A stretch of 41,738 bases of DNA from Octopus bimaculoides (GCF_001194135.2 NC_068987.1:39513471-39555208); one strand, 5' to 3'. Counted from the first letter of the stretch, positions 1 through 11,547 are shown. Numbers and translations are program-made. Notes: generated from the sequence alone by a model not told the origin.

Positions 1-387
1 ACAAAGGGACTCTCACTCAGAGTAAAAGGCAGACTGTATGACGCATGCGTACGAACAACCATGCTACATGGCAGTGAAACATGGGCTGTAACTGCTGAGG
101 ACATACGTAAGCTCGCAAGGAATGAAGCCAGTATGCTCCGTTGGATGTGTAATGTCAATGTGAATACCCGTCAGAGTGTAAGTATCTTGAGAGAAAAGCT
201 GAACATTAGAAGCATCAGTTGTGGCGTGCAAGAGAGACGATTGCGCTGGTATGGACATGTGGTGAGAATGGATGAGGATAGCTGCGTGAAAAAGTGCCAC
301 ACCCTAACAGTTGAGGGACTGGTGCAACCGGATGGCTACACCAGGCTCGAATCTAATTTGGCAGAGTTTCTACAGCTGGATGCCCTT
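1..387 (+). mobile_element. RTE-clade LINE fragment (ORF C-terminus) fused to an inverted piece of its 3' UTR
   Basis: MLHGSETW...LRWMC...RRLRWYGHVVRM...VKKC is a typical RTE ORF C-terminus (1-318). 319-387 matches the antisense 3' UTR seen at 1054-1122 and 17082-17150. Confidence 0.88.
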
Positions 388-977
388 AACTATAAAAGCA
401 AAAATTCAACCACTTTTATTTTTTGAAGAGAAAAGGAATAATGGGACATCTATCTTCATACAACCATTATGGATTATTACAAAGGATTTTTTTTTTTCAA
501 AATTTTTAGCCCAAGTGTGTACCAATACACATCTATACCAGTAATACCAGTAACTTTTTAAACAACATCTTTATAATACAATTTTAAATAGCATCTCTCT
601 CATTTGATTGACTACATGGAAATTCATCCTTTTCTCTGGCAAGTGGATGTATTACCTAATAATGATTATCAATTTTGGATTTCATTTCGAAGGGTAATAC
701 ATTAATGAAATGATCATATATCTCAAACCTTTTTAAATAATAATACTTTATATATTTGTCTATTAATACAATATTATTTATATTATTGACATATATCTTG
801 TCATTTTGATGCAATTTTTCCTGCTTTTACTTTATCATATATAATCGCTCTAATTGAATCTCTAAATACCTTTAAGGTCTTAGACATTACTCATACCAAG
901 AGGACTTATCTGAAATCCAGTACACCTTATTTTCATTGAATATATTTGATCAACTCATATATATATATATATATATA

Positions 978-1134
978 TCATCATCATCATCATCATCATC
1001 ATCGTTTAACGTCCGCTTTCCATGCTAGCATGGGTTGGAAGATTTGACTGAGGACTGGTGAAACCGGATGGCAACACCAGGCTCCAATCTAATTTGGCAG
1101 AGTTTCTACAGCTGGATGCCCTTCCTAACGCCAA
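978..1134 (-). mobile_element. RTE LINE extreme 3' end with (GAT)n tail, flanked by (TA)n
   Basis: (CAT)n + cgtttaacgtccgctttccatgctagcatggg..., the same sequence as at 13276 and 17018, where it is linked to RTE coding sequence. Confidence 0.85.
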
Positions 1135-1164
1135 TATATATATATATATTTGGCCTGCGGAAGT

Positions 1165-1537
1165 GCAATGGCCTAGTGGTTAGGGCAGTGAACTCGCGGT
1201 CATAGGATCACAGTTTTGATTCCCAGACCGGGCGTTGTGAGTGTTTATTGAGTGAAAACGCCTAAAGTTCCACAAGACTCTGGCAGGAGGTGGTGGTAAA
1301 CCCTGCTGTATTCTTTCACCACAACTTACTCTCATTCTTTCTTCCTGTTTGTTGTACTGGTATTTCAAAGGGCCAGCCTTATCACACTCTGTGTCACGCT
1401 AAATCTCCCCAAGAACTATGTCAAGGGTACACATTTGTGGAGTGCTCAACCACTTGCACGTTAATTTCATGAGCAGGCTGTTCCACTGATTGGATCAACT
1501 GGAACCCTCGTTGTCGTAACCAATGGAGTGCCACGAT
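1165..1537 (+). mobile_element. tRNA-derived SINE
   Basis: A-box-like TGGCCTAGTGGTTAG (1169), B-box-like GTTTTGATTCCC (~1213), non-tRNA body. The tail caactggaaccctcgttgtcgtaacc recurs at 14164. Confidence 0.75.
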
Positions 1538-1554
1538 ATATGGCCTAGTCACCT

Positions 1555-2298
1555 TTATAGTTAATCAAGTTGTCCATGAGGGAATTATACCCAACAATAG
1601 GTGTAGCAGGCAACTGCTACAAAGGCAAAAGTAAGGCTTTAGACAGAAATAATTACAGAGGCATCAAATTGCTGGACCAGGTGATGAAAGTCACAGAAAG
1701 GCCATAGCTCAATTAATTGAGAGTATAGATGAGATACAGTTTGGATTTGTGTCAGGTAGAAGCATGACTCATGCTATATTCCTGGTAAGGCAACTACAGG
1801 AGAAGTATTTAGCCAAAAATAAACCTCTGTATGGAGATTTTGTTGATATGGAGAAAGCTTTTAGGCAAGGTCCCCCCAGCAAAAACCTAAGTAGGAAAAC
1901 AGACAAATTACAAGAACCTTCAAGGAGATGGCCCTGCTCAATATGTAAGAAGGGTGTTGGTAGAAACTCCATATTTTGTACCCAGTGCAAACTTTGAACA
2001 CAAGAGGTGTAGTAGTATCACAAGAAGGTTAATGGAGAAAATAGTCTGTGTGGCAAATGTGCAGGTAGAATAAGCACTACAAATGCACAGACAATAGACT
2101 CCCTCAAATGCTTGGGGGGATTCTTAGAAAAGCACCCAGTACACTCTACAAAGTGGTTGGCGTTAGGAAGGACACTCAACTGTAGAAACCACGCCAAATC
2201 AGACTGGAGTCTGGTGTAGCGCCCCCAGCTTGCCAGCTCTGGTCAAACTGTCTAACCCATGCTAGCATGGACAATGGATGTTAAATGGTGATGATGAT
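1555..2298 (+). mobile_element. Internally deleted RTE LINE (RT pieces, Zn finger, 3' end)
   Basis: CYKGK..DRNNYRGIKLLDQVMKV, QFGF..GRSMTHAIFLVRQLQEKY..FVDMEKAF, then CSIC..FCTQC..HKRC..CGKC, then the 3' UTR with CCATGCTAGCATGG and a (GAT)n tail. Contains stops and frameshifts. Confidence 0.88.
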
Positions 2299-2863
2299 AC
2301 ATATATTTACTCAATTGCTCACATTTATCAATGGTTACTCTCATTGTTTTGATAATGCCATTTTCTATCATTAATAAAACTGTCTGCATTTTTGACAACA
2401 CAGGTATGCTAGTATACATATACACATGCACACTGACAATAGAGTGAAGTGAAAAAAAGTTTCAGGGAGAGGATTTATAATTATATATGTGCATATAAAC
2501 TATACTGTGCTTGTGTGTGTGTGTGTGTGTGTACTGTACATATATGCATATACACAGACAATATAGAAAGGCAAGGAAAAAGAAAAACGAACTGATACTG
2601 CAGAAGGTCTGCTGGAGAGTGATTAACTAGTAAAAAGCAAAAAAAAAAATGATCTTGAGGGTAGACAAGAATTTGAAAGCATGAAGTTTCATAGCATATT
2701 TCATAATAAACAAATTTTTTAAAAATATCAATATATGAACTATCCAAACCAACATGAGAGAAAAAAATAATAGTGTCAAAAACAACAAATAAATCCATTT
2801 TAAAAACAATACTTAGTTTTTAATGAACTCTATATAGAAATGGTTAAATCATGTTGAACTCAC

Positions 2864-2966
2864 CTTCTGTTTGATTCTTTGAAAGTCTAATACTCGAACA
2901 GTAGGTAATTTGTGTGCTACATAAAGTCTGTAATTTTTCTTATTTGTAACTGGGTTCCGGAGTAAG
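2864..2966 (-). CDS. SNRPA1: U2 snRNP A' coding exon 5 (103 nt, LRRcap)
   Basis: attcag|C TTA CTC CGG AAC CCA...CAG AAG|gtgagt = LLRNPVTNKKNYRLYVAHKLPTVRVLDFQRIKQK. The following exons were not found in 1-2863, so the gene presumably continues left of the window. Confidence 0.97.
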
Positions 2967-4199
2967 CTGAATAAAGAAATACAATCAGTACAAACAAAAG
3001 TATGAACAGAAATTTCCATGTCTTAACACTTCAATCTATTAAGCCAATGTTTTAGGCCTACATATGTCCTTCTGAACAATTATCTTTAAAAATCCTGCAG
3101 CTTCCCCCCCCCCCACCTTTTTTTCCACTGTACTCTCCACTCCCTATATGATCTCTACAGCTGTCCACCACCACTGTGTCGGATCCACTAAGGAATGGCA
3201 CAATCATTTAACTGACATTTCTGTAACTTAATTCTTCCATTATTGCTGAAAACAAATTCATTTTTGGGATACTTCTTCCCAAAGACATTTTGGTTTCTCT
3301 TTACATATTTCTTCCGCTCCTTAATGACTGCTTAGTGCAATGAACTGGTCCTAATCTTTGGTTTCTGCAGAATGAAATGAGACAAACATCCCCTGGATAA
3401 TATGACAGTCAATCACAGGCAACTTTCCCACCAGAAAAACTGAACTTTCTCAATTTTACAGTGCAACTAATAATATTTAGTTTCATATGAGCTCTGATTG
3501 AACAAGCCTATGATCAAGCCATTCCTATCCTGTCCTTCTTCTTTTCAGGTACAGAGTATCAAGGACTACATTATTCAATGTATTCCTTCTCTGCGATTAG
3601 AGTGTAATTTAATTACAGTTTCTTGCAAATCAAGCAATCACAAGGAGGCCTCCTCAATGGTGCAGCTTGCAGCTGTTTGTTGACAGTCATGAAGTATATA
3701 CACTGTAACATAGGCTCATTACAGAAAGTTGACAAAACCAGGCCAATTCCCAATTTATAACCTTTTCTGCAAATACTTTTGAGGATAGACATAAAAGTTC
3801 ACAACTACTTTCCTACCGCTTTTTAAATCAATAAAACTGGTCATTTATTGATGAATATCTCCTATCAAAAGCTTAAGCAATTAATTATTTATCATTGTTG
3901 AATCCCAGATCAGCCCTGATCAAGTAGACTTAAGATCAAAAGTCATCCAGCTGTGATTATTCCATTTTCTTTTCAGATACAGTGTGGTATATCTAGCTCT
4001 ATATTATCCAGTGTGCCTTTCTTTTATGTAAGACAGTAGAATGTGATTTTTTTAAGGAAGATAGAGCAGGGCATAAATATTTATTCTTCATCTTTTTACT
4101 ACAACAAGCATTGTGACATCATCTTTATATTTACTTATACTGCATTTCCTGAAAAATAAATTTTAGGAATTTCTTCTACTTTATTGTTTTTTATTCTTA

Positions 4200-5235
4200 A
4201 ATGTAATTGAAATTCATACAGCATGGATTGGATGAGTCTTCTCTGGCACATTTCCCTACTTGATACAATCTTTTTGTCACCTCCTCCATGAAGTTTAGCC
4301 TTTTGAGATCAGTTTCCACCCTTCTTTCTATGTCACCCTCTTCCACTTGAATCAAGTGGTACTTCTTTACCCAACAGTTATCTTTCTTACACATCATATG
4401 TCCATACCAGTGCAGTCTGTTCTCCCACACACTACATCTAATTCTTCTCATACCCAGTTTTCCTCTCAGCTCATTCCTGCACCACTGTTCATACACATTA
4501 ACATTACACATCTAGTGATGCATGTTCACCTCTTGTCTTTCCAGCATTCACAAACCTACATTCAATACCTATGTCGTTACCATGCAACATTACACTAGTT
4601 TTCACTTAAAGAGAGAATCCCTGTGTTGCCAGCAGACGTGATAGCTCCCTGAACTTTACCACCCAATTATTGCTAACTTCTGTGTTCAGAACCCTCTCCA
4701 ATGCTAATTGGGTGACCTAAACACAGTATCTATCAATTACTTTTGTGCAGTTGAAACAACTCACATCAAAGGTAACACCCTCTACTTATTATCACCATTT
4801 AGCTTCTCTTTTCCATGCTGGCATGCGTTAGATGGTTTGAATGGAACTGGTAAACCAGAGAGCTGCACCAGGCTCCAATCGGTTTTGGCTTAGTTTCTAT
4901 GGCTGGATATCCTTTCCACTGCCAACCCCTCCATCACCTTTGCCTTTGTAGCAGTTTATCATGCTGCTACACCAGTCACTGGGTGTGACTTTCTCATGAT
5001 TAACTAAATGGGTGATTAGACCATATCCCACTCTGCCAAATATTTTAAGCATCTCAGTGGTCATTCCTGATAGGCTGAGAGCTTCCCCTGTCTTCATCTC
5101 CTTCATAGCTTTATCTACCAAGCTATTGACTATTTGGATAGTTGGTCCCTCAGTTGGGTCCACATTAGGCAGACTTTCCTTCTCCCATGTGTTCTCTATA
5201 TTTAGCAGCCTTTTTCTTTGCAGTTCTACATAGGA
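4200..5235 (-). mobile_element. Cluster of decayed RTE LINE fragments
   Basis: 4197-4511 encodes RLHWYGHMM..WVKK (ORF C-terminus); ~4800-4925 is a 3' UTR copy; 4897-5163 encodes SGMTTEMLK..WCSSMINCYKGKGD (RT N-terminus). Confidence 0.75.
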
Positions 5236-5947
5236 AAACTTTTTTCTATCAGGCTATCTGGGATTCAACTGTATCTTGTGAGTACCCAATCTTTACGATT
5301 AGTTGAATAAAGGATAGAATGTTAAAGTGCAATACTATCACAGGATTAAGATATCATAGCTCACTGCAGTAGGTATAGTACCTCTGGATGAATTATAACT
5401 ATCTACCTCTAATGAGCCAAGCTGAAAATTTATAATTTTATGACTGTAGGAATATTCATCCAGAAAAACATTTCAACTCTTTTGTTTTTCTTTGTTGCTT
5501 TTATACCAATAGTAACATAGTTCTTAGTCTTCTACTTTAATTCTAGAAGCTTCATAAGAATATTAAATTTGATGGATAATTTCTCAAACCCCAGAAGAAT
5601 GAAAGACTGAGATTTAAATTATTTACTTAATTCAAATAAAGCCAACTGTGGGTCGTTTTCTTAAAACTAATTAGTAGAAGAAAGGAGTACATCAATGAGT
5701 TGGCGTTTATAATGTATTTGTACATAAATCATGGCTGTCTTTTGAATGTTTGTGTATATTATAGTAGCAGCGGCACCACAGGTAAGAGGGCTATACTTTA
5801 ATGTGAGTATAAGATTTTGTGGAGTCAGCAACTAATCAGAGTTGAATAATTTTCTGACCATAAATACAATGAAAAGTCATACCATATAATCCACTCCAGT
5901 CTAAAAACAAATAACATAAAAATATAAAAAGTAAATAAAATACTAAC

Positions 5948-6073
5948 CTCAAATATTTAAGATTTTTACAATTGGCCAAATTGTCAAGATCCGATAATTC
6001 TTGAATACTGTTGTTTGTTAAAATTATAGTTTCCAAGTTGGGTACAAATAATTCTAAATCCTCACCAATCCGC
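5948..6073 (-). CDS. SNRPA1: U2 snRNP A' coding exon 4 (126 nt, LRR)
   Basis: ttacag|G CGG ATT GGT...TAT TTG AG|gttagt = RIGEDLELFVPNLETIILTNNSIQELSDLDNLANCKNLKYL(S). Overlaps track ORF 5836..6036, which reads on into the intron. Confidence 0.97.
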
Positions 6074-7861
6074 CTGTAACAGAAAGAGATACTTTAGACA
6101 TTGTCAATAAAATTTTATTTAGAGATAAAAATACAAGGCAAAAGTAGAAAAGATGAATTCTTCCATATCTACAGTTGATGCAAACACTAGTTAAGAACCT
6201 GCATATAACCATTCTTTTTGGAAATACTGTGTGGACCAATGTTCCCAAGTCTATGTCTACCATGGTGATTTTCAACCATTACAAACAGAGCATATATTTT
6301 CATCAATCATGTAGTACTTACCCATTCTCATTATATTCCTATACCTGACCGGTATATAAATTTATACTCAATTTACATAACATTGTACAATACACGAGAT
6401 GATTCTTTTAGTGTATGTGCATGTGTCTCAGGTCGTTTTTTAGTGCTACTGGTAACATGTAACCCAGTACAACTTGTTGCATAGTCGGGTCATCTGTGAT
6501 TAAAGTGCAAACTCCACCAAGCTTGCTTGGTGGCAAGGAGGGTGATTTTGGACATCCTGTGGGACAAAAAACAAAACCTATCATGAGAGTCAATGGCCAT
6601 ACAATAATGTGCGCGTTAACACATATGGTGTGTATATTCAACAAGATCCATGCCAAGCAAAAGACACCTTGAGTATGCCTAGACCACCAACCTTTAAAAA
6701 GCAAATTGGCGAGCAGTTCACTTAAATGTATAGCACTGCTTCTTTTGCTTTGCAAAATCTGCACGATTATGATAAATCAAGTCAGAAACCTGAATTTGTA
6801 ACCTAGTCAGCACCTGACATGCAGCACATCGTGCACTAGCACAAGCCATGCTCTACAGGGAGAGTGTGTTTTGTGAACGACAAGCAAAGTCTACTATAAT
6901 TAAATTCATAGTGCAGGTCATTCAGTCACAAGAATACAAAAAGAAAAAAAAATCCTATGGCAATGAAGTGATAGTGACAAAGATAGGTGGAGGATACCAC
7001 TGGTGGTCTCTAGCTGGAGCTTTGCACATATCGTGGTAAGAAGTAGATGGCATTCTGTGAAACATCTGTGAGCAATTTCATAGTTTGCATCCTGTTAACT
7101 ACAAAGCAGTTTCTTTAGGATGACATTGCTTTCCCATATAAAGAAGGAGGTTAGAAAAGATGCTCTAAAAATTGTTTGCTCACTCAATCCTGTCATCCTA
7201 CTGCAGGTGACAGGATGTTCAACAATGCAGTTGAAATAATGAAGAAAACAAAATTAAAAAAAAAAAATCAAACAAATATTTTTGTGCAGCTGGGAATGTA
7301 CATACACTACAAGACCATAAGAAACTTCCAGAATGAAGAACAGCACTTGTTGCTCATGTTCTGAAATAAAAGCATAACAATATTGCTGCACTCTCAGAGA
7401 CAAGACTTCGAGTATGTAGGCAGCTGAAGTAATTAGTGGTAACCTAGTTAGCATCTGGATCAGTAAATCTGAGACAAAAAAAAGGGAATCAGGCATAGGG
7501 TTTGCAATCAAGAATGAGTTAGCAAACAAGCATGATTCTCTACAGATCAGAGTAAGTGAACATCTTTTGACACTTCAAATTTTAATTAGCTCTCATAGAT
7601 ACGCTACACTTATCAATGCATATTCTCTAACTTAAAATTCTATAGACACTGCCATGAAGTAAGTTCTATTCTGATTTGAAAGAATTGCTGAAGAGAGATC
7701 CATGCAATGACAAGATTGTTCTAATGAGAGATTTTACTGCTGTGAGCAGGCTTAGACTATCTTAATTGACAGACATGGAATTATCAAAATAAACTCAAAT
7801 GGGCTCCTGCTTCTTTCCATGTGTAGTGAGTTTGGACTTTGTGTAATCAATATTCCCTTTC

Positions 7862-9096
7862 TGTTGTGGAGATCGCTAACCAATAGAATTCAAAGTTCTG
7901 GAACTCGCGAGAAAGTTCATAGGTGTCTCGATTTTTGGTTTACGCTATTATTAATCTTGAGTATTACAGTTGAATAAACAGACTTCACACCTATCTCGAG
8001 TACCACTGTGTTTTTTTCTTTGCTAGTCGATGAGAGAAGTATATTTAATCACAGACAACACACCTATCTGGATTATTACTCTATTCTTTGTAAGTAAACA
8101 AGAGAAATATAACAGATTTGTGCCGCCAGTAGGATACTGTCATCATTTTTGTGAAGTGGACTTCTTACAATAGGATAAGAAAGACTATTCTTGCAGAGTG
8201 GACGTTTTACCTTGACACTCAGATATAATTATCTGGAAGGTAAACAACCAGTTTTGCACATAAGCTTCATTTTAGATAAAACTATAATTTAACTATTTTC
8301 ACATTAATAACGATGGTGAAACAAAGCAGTGAGCTGATAAAGTTACTCACACAACTTCAATTTCAGAGAGAACAAATGGGGAAGATATGGAAGCTTTCAG
8401 AAGGCTGATTCAAGTTCAAGTTTCTAAAACCATTTGTTGCTTTTGACACAGCATCTGAATTGTGGCCTGATTACTGGTCAACAATTCTGTACCTTTATTA
8501 TGGCAAATGCTGTGCCTGACCAGTGCAAGGCTCAAATTTTTTTTTGACAAATTAAACAGTTGCCATTTATAAACAACTGGCAAATCTGGCTACTCAACAG
8601 TCCACTAGAGGATATTAACAAGCTGACAATGGAGGAAATTGCCAGCTTTATGAAGGAACAATTTAACCCAAAACATTTCATTGTGCAGAAACGCAAAGAC
8701 AGACCAGATACTTCTATCCAAAACCAAACTGCTTGTACCAAAGTATGAACCGGACAACTCCAGACAATCCAAAAGAACACTCAAACCTAGAAAGAGACTT
8801 CATTGTTGATTCTTCTAGTGTAACATCAGTTTCGGTGGGGAGGTGTTGTGGAGATTGCTAGCCAATAGAATTCAAAGTTCTGGAACTTGCGAGAACATTC
8901 ACAAGGTGTCTTGATTTTTGGTTTACGTTATTATTAGTCTTGAGTTTTACAGTTGGAATAAACAGACTTCACTTATCTGCAATACCACTGTGTTTTCTTC
9001 TTTGTGAGTAAATGAGAGAAGTATATTGAATCACAGACAACACACCTACCTGGATTACTACTCTGTTCTTTGCAAGTAAACAAAAGAAATATAACA
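7862..9096 (+). mobile_element. Non-autonomous (internally deleted) Ty3/Gypsy LTR retrotransposon, two 253-bp LTRs, 5-bp TSD
   Basis: LTRs at 7862-8114 and 8844-9096 with TGTT...AACA termini. TSD CTTTC at 7857-7861 and 9097-9101. PPT GGTGGGGAGG at 8834-8843. Gag-like remnants FVAFDTASELWPDYW and DINKLTMEEIASFMKEQFNPKHFIV in the internal region. Confidence 0.93.
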
Positions 9097-9333
9097 CTTT
9101 CAACTATCAAATAGATATAAAACAACCTGGAGACATTCTGTATCTGAACATGGTCACACAAAATCAACTATATAATTGTGTGTAGCTGTGATAAAAATGA
9201 CAAATATATACATCTATATCAGCTAAATTTTTATGACAAAGCATTGTTTCTTCGACAGCAATTTTTTCTTTATTGGGAACATTTACAGAATTAAAAATAC
9301 ACACAAACACAGATAAATGTAAAGTATACTTAC

Positions 9334-9440
9334 ACTATTCTGTTGTTGCTCAGAAGTAGGCACTTTAGGCGCTTCAAGAGAGGAAATCCATCCAGTTTTC
9401 GAATTTCGTTATCAGAAAAATCTATGGTATCAAACTGATC
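9334..9440 (-). CDS. SNRPA1: U2 snRNP A' coding exon 3 (107 nt, LRR)
   Basis: ttgtag|GAT CAG TTT...AGA ATA GT|gtaagt = DQFDTIDFSDNEIRKLDGFPLLKRLKCLLLSNNRI(V). Canonical splice sites. Confidence 0.97.
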
Positions 9441-9618
9441 CTACAAGTAGATGGTGTTAGTTCAAATGTGTTAAAATAAAGTCAGACAAAATAAAAACTA
9501 ACACAATATCCAACTAAATTTTATTAAATTAACCCCAGGAAATTATTGTCCAACTAGTCACAGCAATTTTACTGTTGTATGTTAGAGATACACTGGTTAT
9601 GAACTTAGTTACAAATAC

Positions 9619-10245
9619 AGTTCTATATTTGAGAGATGAGGAATTATGTACATTATTTACATTTGACGGATATTCGTCCTCATCTTGTTTGTTGTTAACA
9701 CGTTTTGGCTGATATACTCTCCAGCCTTCTTCAGGTGTCCTAGGGAAATTTCAAACCTAGGTTCTCATTCCTAAGGTATTTTTCAATATTATTATTATTA
9801 TTCAGTAGTTTTATTTTTATAGCGTGCTTTCACTTCACTACCAAGCGCAGCTCTGTGTGCCTTGGGTATGTGCTGTGGTTTGCTGTGATGCTCTTATGGT
9901 TACTGTATTGAAAGTGTTTTTCGTAGGATGTGTGCAGTGCCCAGTAGTGCAATTTTCTGTATGTTATATATATTTGTAAGTCCTGGTGTTTTTGTTATGT
10001 ATTTGTCTGAATATTTTTTTATTATACCTAAGGCACCTACTATGATAGGAATTGTTTCTGTTTTTATATTCCACATTCAAGTTACCTCTATTTCCAGGTC
10101 TTTTGTATTTTGAAAGTTTCTCCATTTCTTTTAGAGAAACGATGTCATTATTATTATTATTATTATTATTCAGGTCACTGTCTGGAATTGAACTCGGAAT
10201 CTTGGGGTTAGTAGCCTACGCTCTTAACTACTACACCATATACCC
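9619..10245 (-). mobile_element. tRNA-headed SINE split by an insertion in its (TAA)n tract
   Basis: Head at 10245-10171 on minus: TGGTGTAGTAGTTAAG (A box) ... GAGTTCAATTCC (B box), then (AAT)n. The 3' part (9802-9619) has a partial second copy at ~14255-14325. Confidence 0.75.
9803..10146 (-). mobile_element. 5'-truncated R4/Dong-like (restriction-like endonuclease) LINE 3' end
   Basis: Minus strand gives KEMEKLSKY/DLEIEVT*MWNIKTETIPIIVGALGIIKK...IQKIALLGTAHILRKTLSIQ*, a typical REL-endonuclease C-terminus. Bounded on both sides by (TAT)n (9787-9802, 10147-10170). Confidence 0.8.
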
Positions 10246-11280
10246 AACAATCTTCCTAGAACTGCCTATCTGAAATGGGAAGTTGAGCAAGTCCTCTGCA
10301 CATATTTCATGAACATAGCTGTTGTAATTAACAGCTGTGCAATGGTGCATCCCCAGCTCTTCAACCCAAAACTGGACTGAAGTCAATGCCTTGACCCATG
10401 AATAAAGGGGGAAAAAAGCAGTACAGTCCGAAGAGGAAGGGTGTCACATTCCAAGATGTATCATTAACAGACACTCACTGCATCCTTTTTGGGAGCACTG
10501 CTAGTAAATTTTCCCACAAAGCATCTTGTTCATGTAGTGTCTTTTTGTACATAGTTTTCTTTTAGGGATAACACATTTCGCATCCTTCTTGGTTTTCAAT
10601 TTCTCCATCATATTTGAAAGGTTAAATGAGTTTGTTGCAGTCGGGAAAACACATAGTTCAAAATTATGAAAATGAGATAATGATAGGACAGAAACTGAAA
10701 ATTTCTATTTGTTGTGCAAAAAGACATAGGTGAAAATGACAAAAATGAGGTAATACAAATGTTCAAAAAATAAGCATTTGTCAAAGAAAATAGACAGATA
10801 AAGACAATACACATGGTTGGAGTATAGCAGACTATACTTTGGCTTGTTACTATGGAAACAGGCATCAACATGTCAGTTGCTTTCAAATGGCTAAATTTAC
10901 ACAAAATTTGCAAACTGTGACAGCAACAGAAACGATCCCATTGATTGTATGACACAGGTGCTTGTTTACAGCCATCATGTGATGTCACAAGGGTACACAC
11001 AAACTCACATACATTTACATACATAAACATATGTAAACTGTAAAATTCAGGAGGTATGAGAGATATATGTATACATACCAAATTTTCTCTTTATATATAC
11101 AATGTATAGAAGACTGAGACAGATAAAATTAGTTTATTGATCAGTAACAATAAAGACCTATTGTTTCATATCAATTAAGGTGCTAGGTTGAAGTTCAGGG
11201 AAGTAACCATCCTTAATGTTAATAAAAAGCAAGAAGGGATAAAAAGAAGTAGTTAAAGTAAATATAGAAAAATAATTAGC

Positions 11281-11547
11281 TTAACCCTTTTCATACTCAT
11301 CTGTCTGAGACTGCTCCTGATTCTATCATATAAATTTCCTGTTTCAAAGTAATCTATTTAAAATATCCCATCAAAATTTCAAGCTAATTCATGTTCAAAT
11401 CACCAAATTAATAATGACAAAGATATTCTACTAATTTTTTTATTTTCACAAACCGTCCAATCCATGCCAGCATAGAAAACAGGCGTATAATGATGATGAA
11501 TAGAAACGAATGTATGTTTCAACAGAAATATGGTAACAAAAGGGGAA
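11281..11547. mobile_element. Possible piggyBac-like MITE containing an RTE 3'-end fragment
   Basis: Left end TTAA-CCCTTTTCATAC and right end GTAACAAAAGGGG form an imperfect TIR. An RTE tail-like segment lies at ~11452-11500. The right TTAA is not intact. Confidence 0.4.

Noticed and set aside
1-2863. Search for SNRPA1 exon 6 (ERxEAxxMFK...)
   Set aside because: No matching spliceable segment found; presumed to lie left of the window.
5836-5947. C-terminal half of track ORF 5836..6036 (LVFYLLFIF...)
   Set aside because: Intron read-through past the SNRPA1 exon 4 donor at 5947.
6495-6545. Twister-ribozyme resemblance (UAA...CAAGC...GGAGGG)
   Set aside because: I could not build P1, P2 or P4 or the pseudoknots; only a simple hairpin is supported.
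10171-10245. tRNA-like sequence (also ~1165-1230)
   Set aside because: No acceptor-stem pairing, and continuous with SINE bodies: SINE heads, not tRNA genes.
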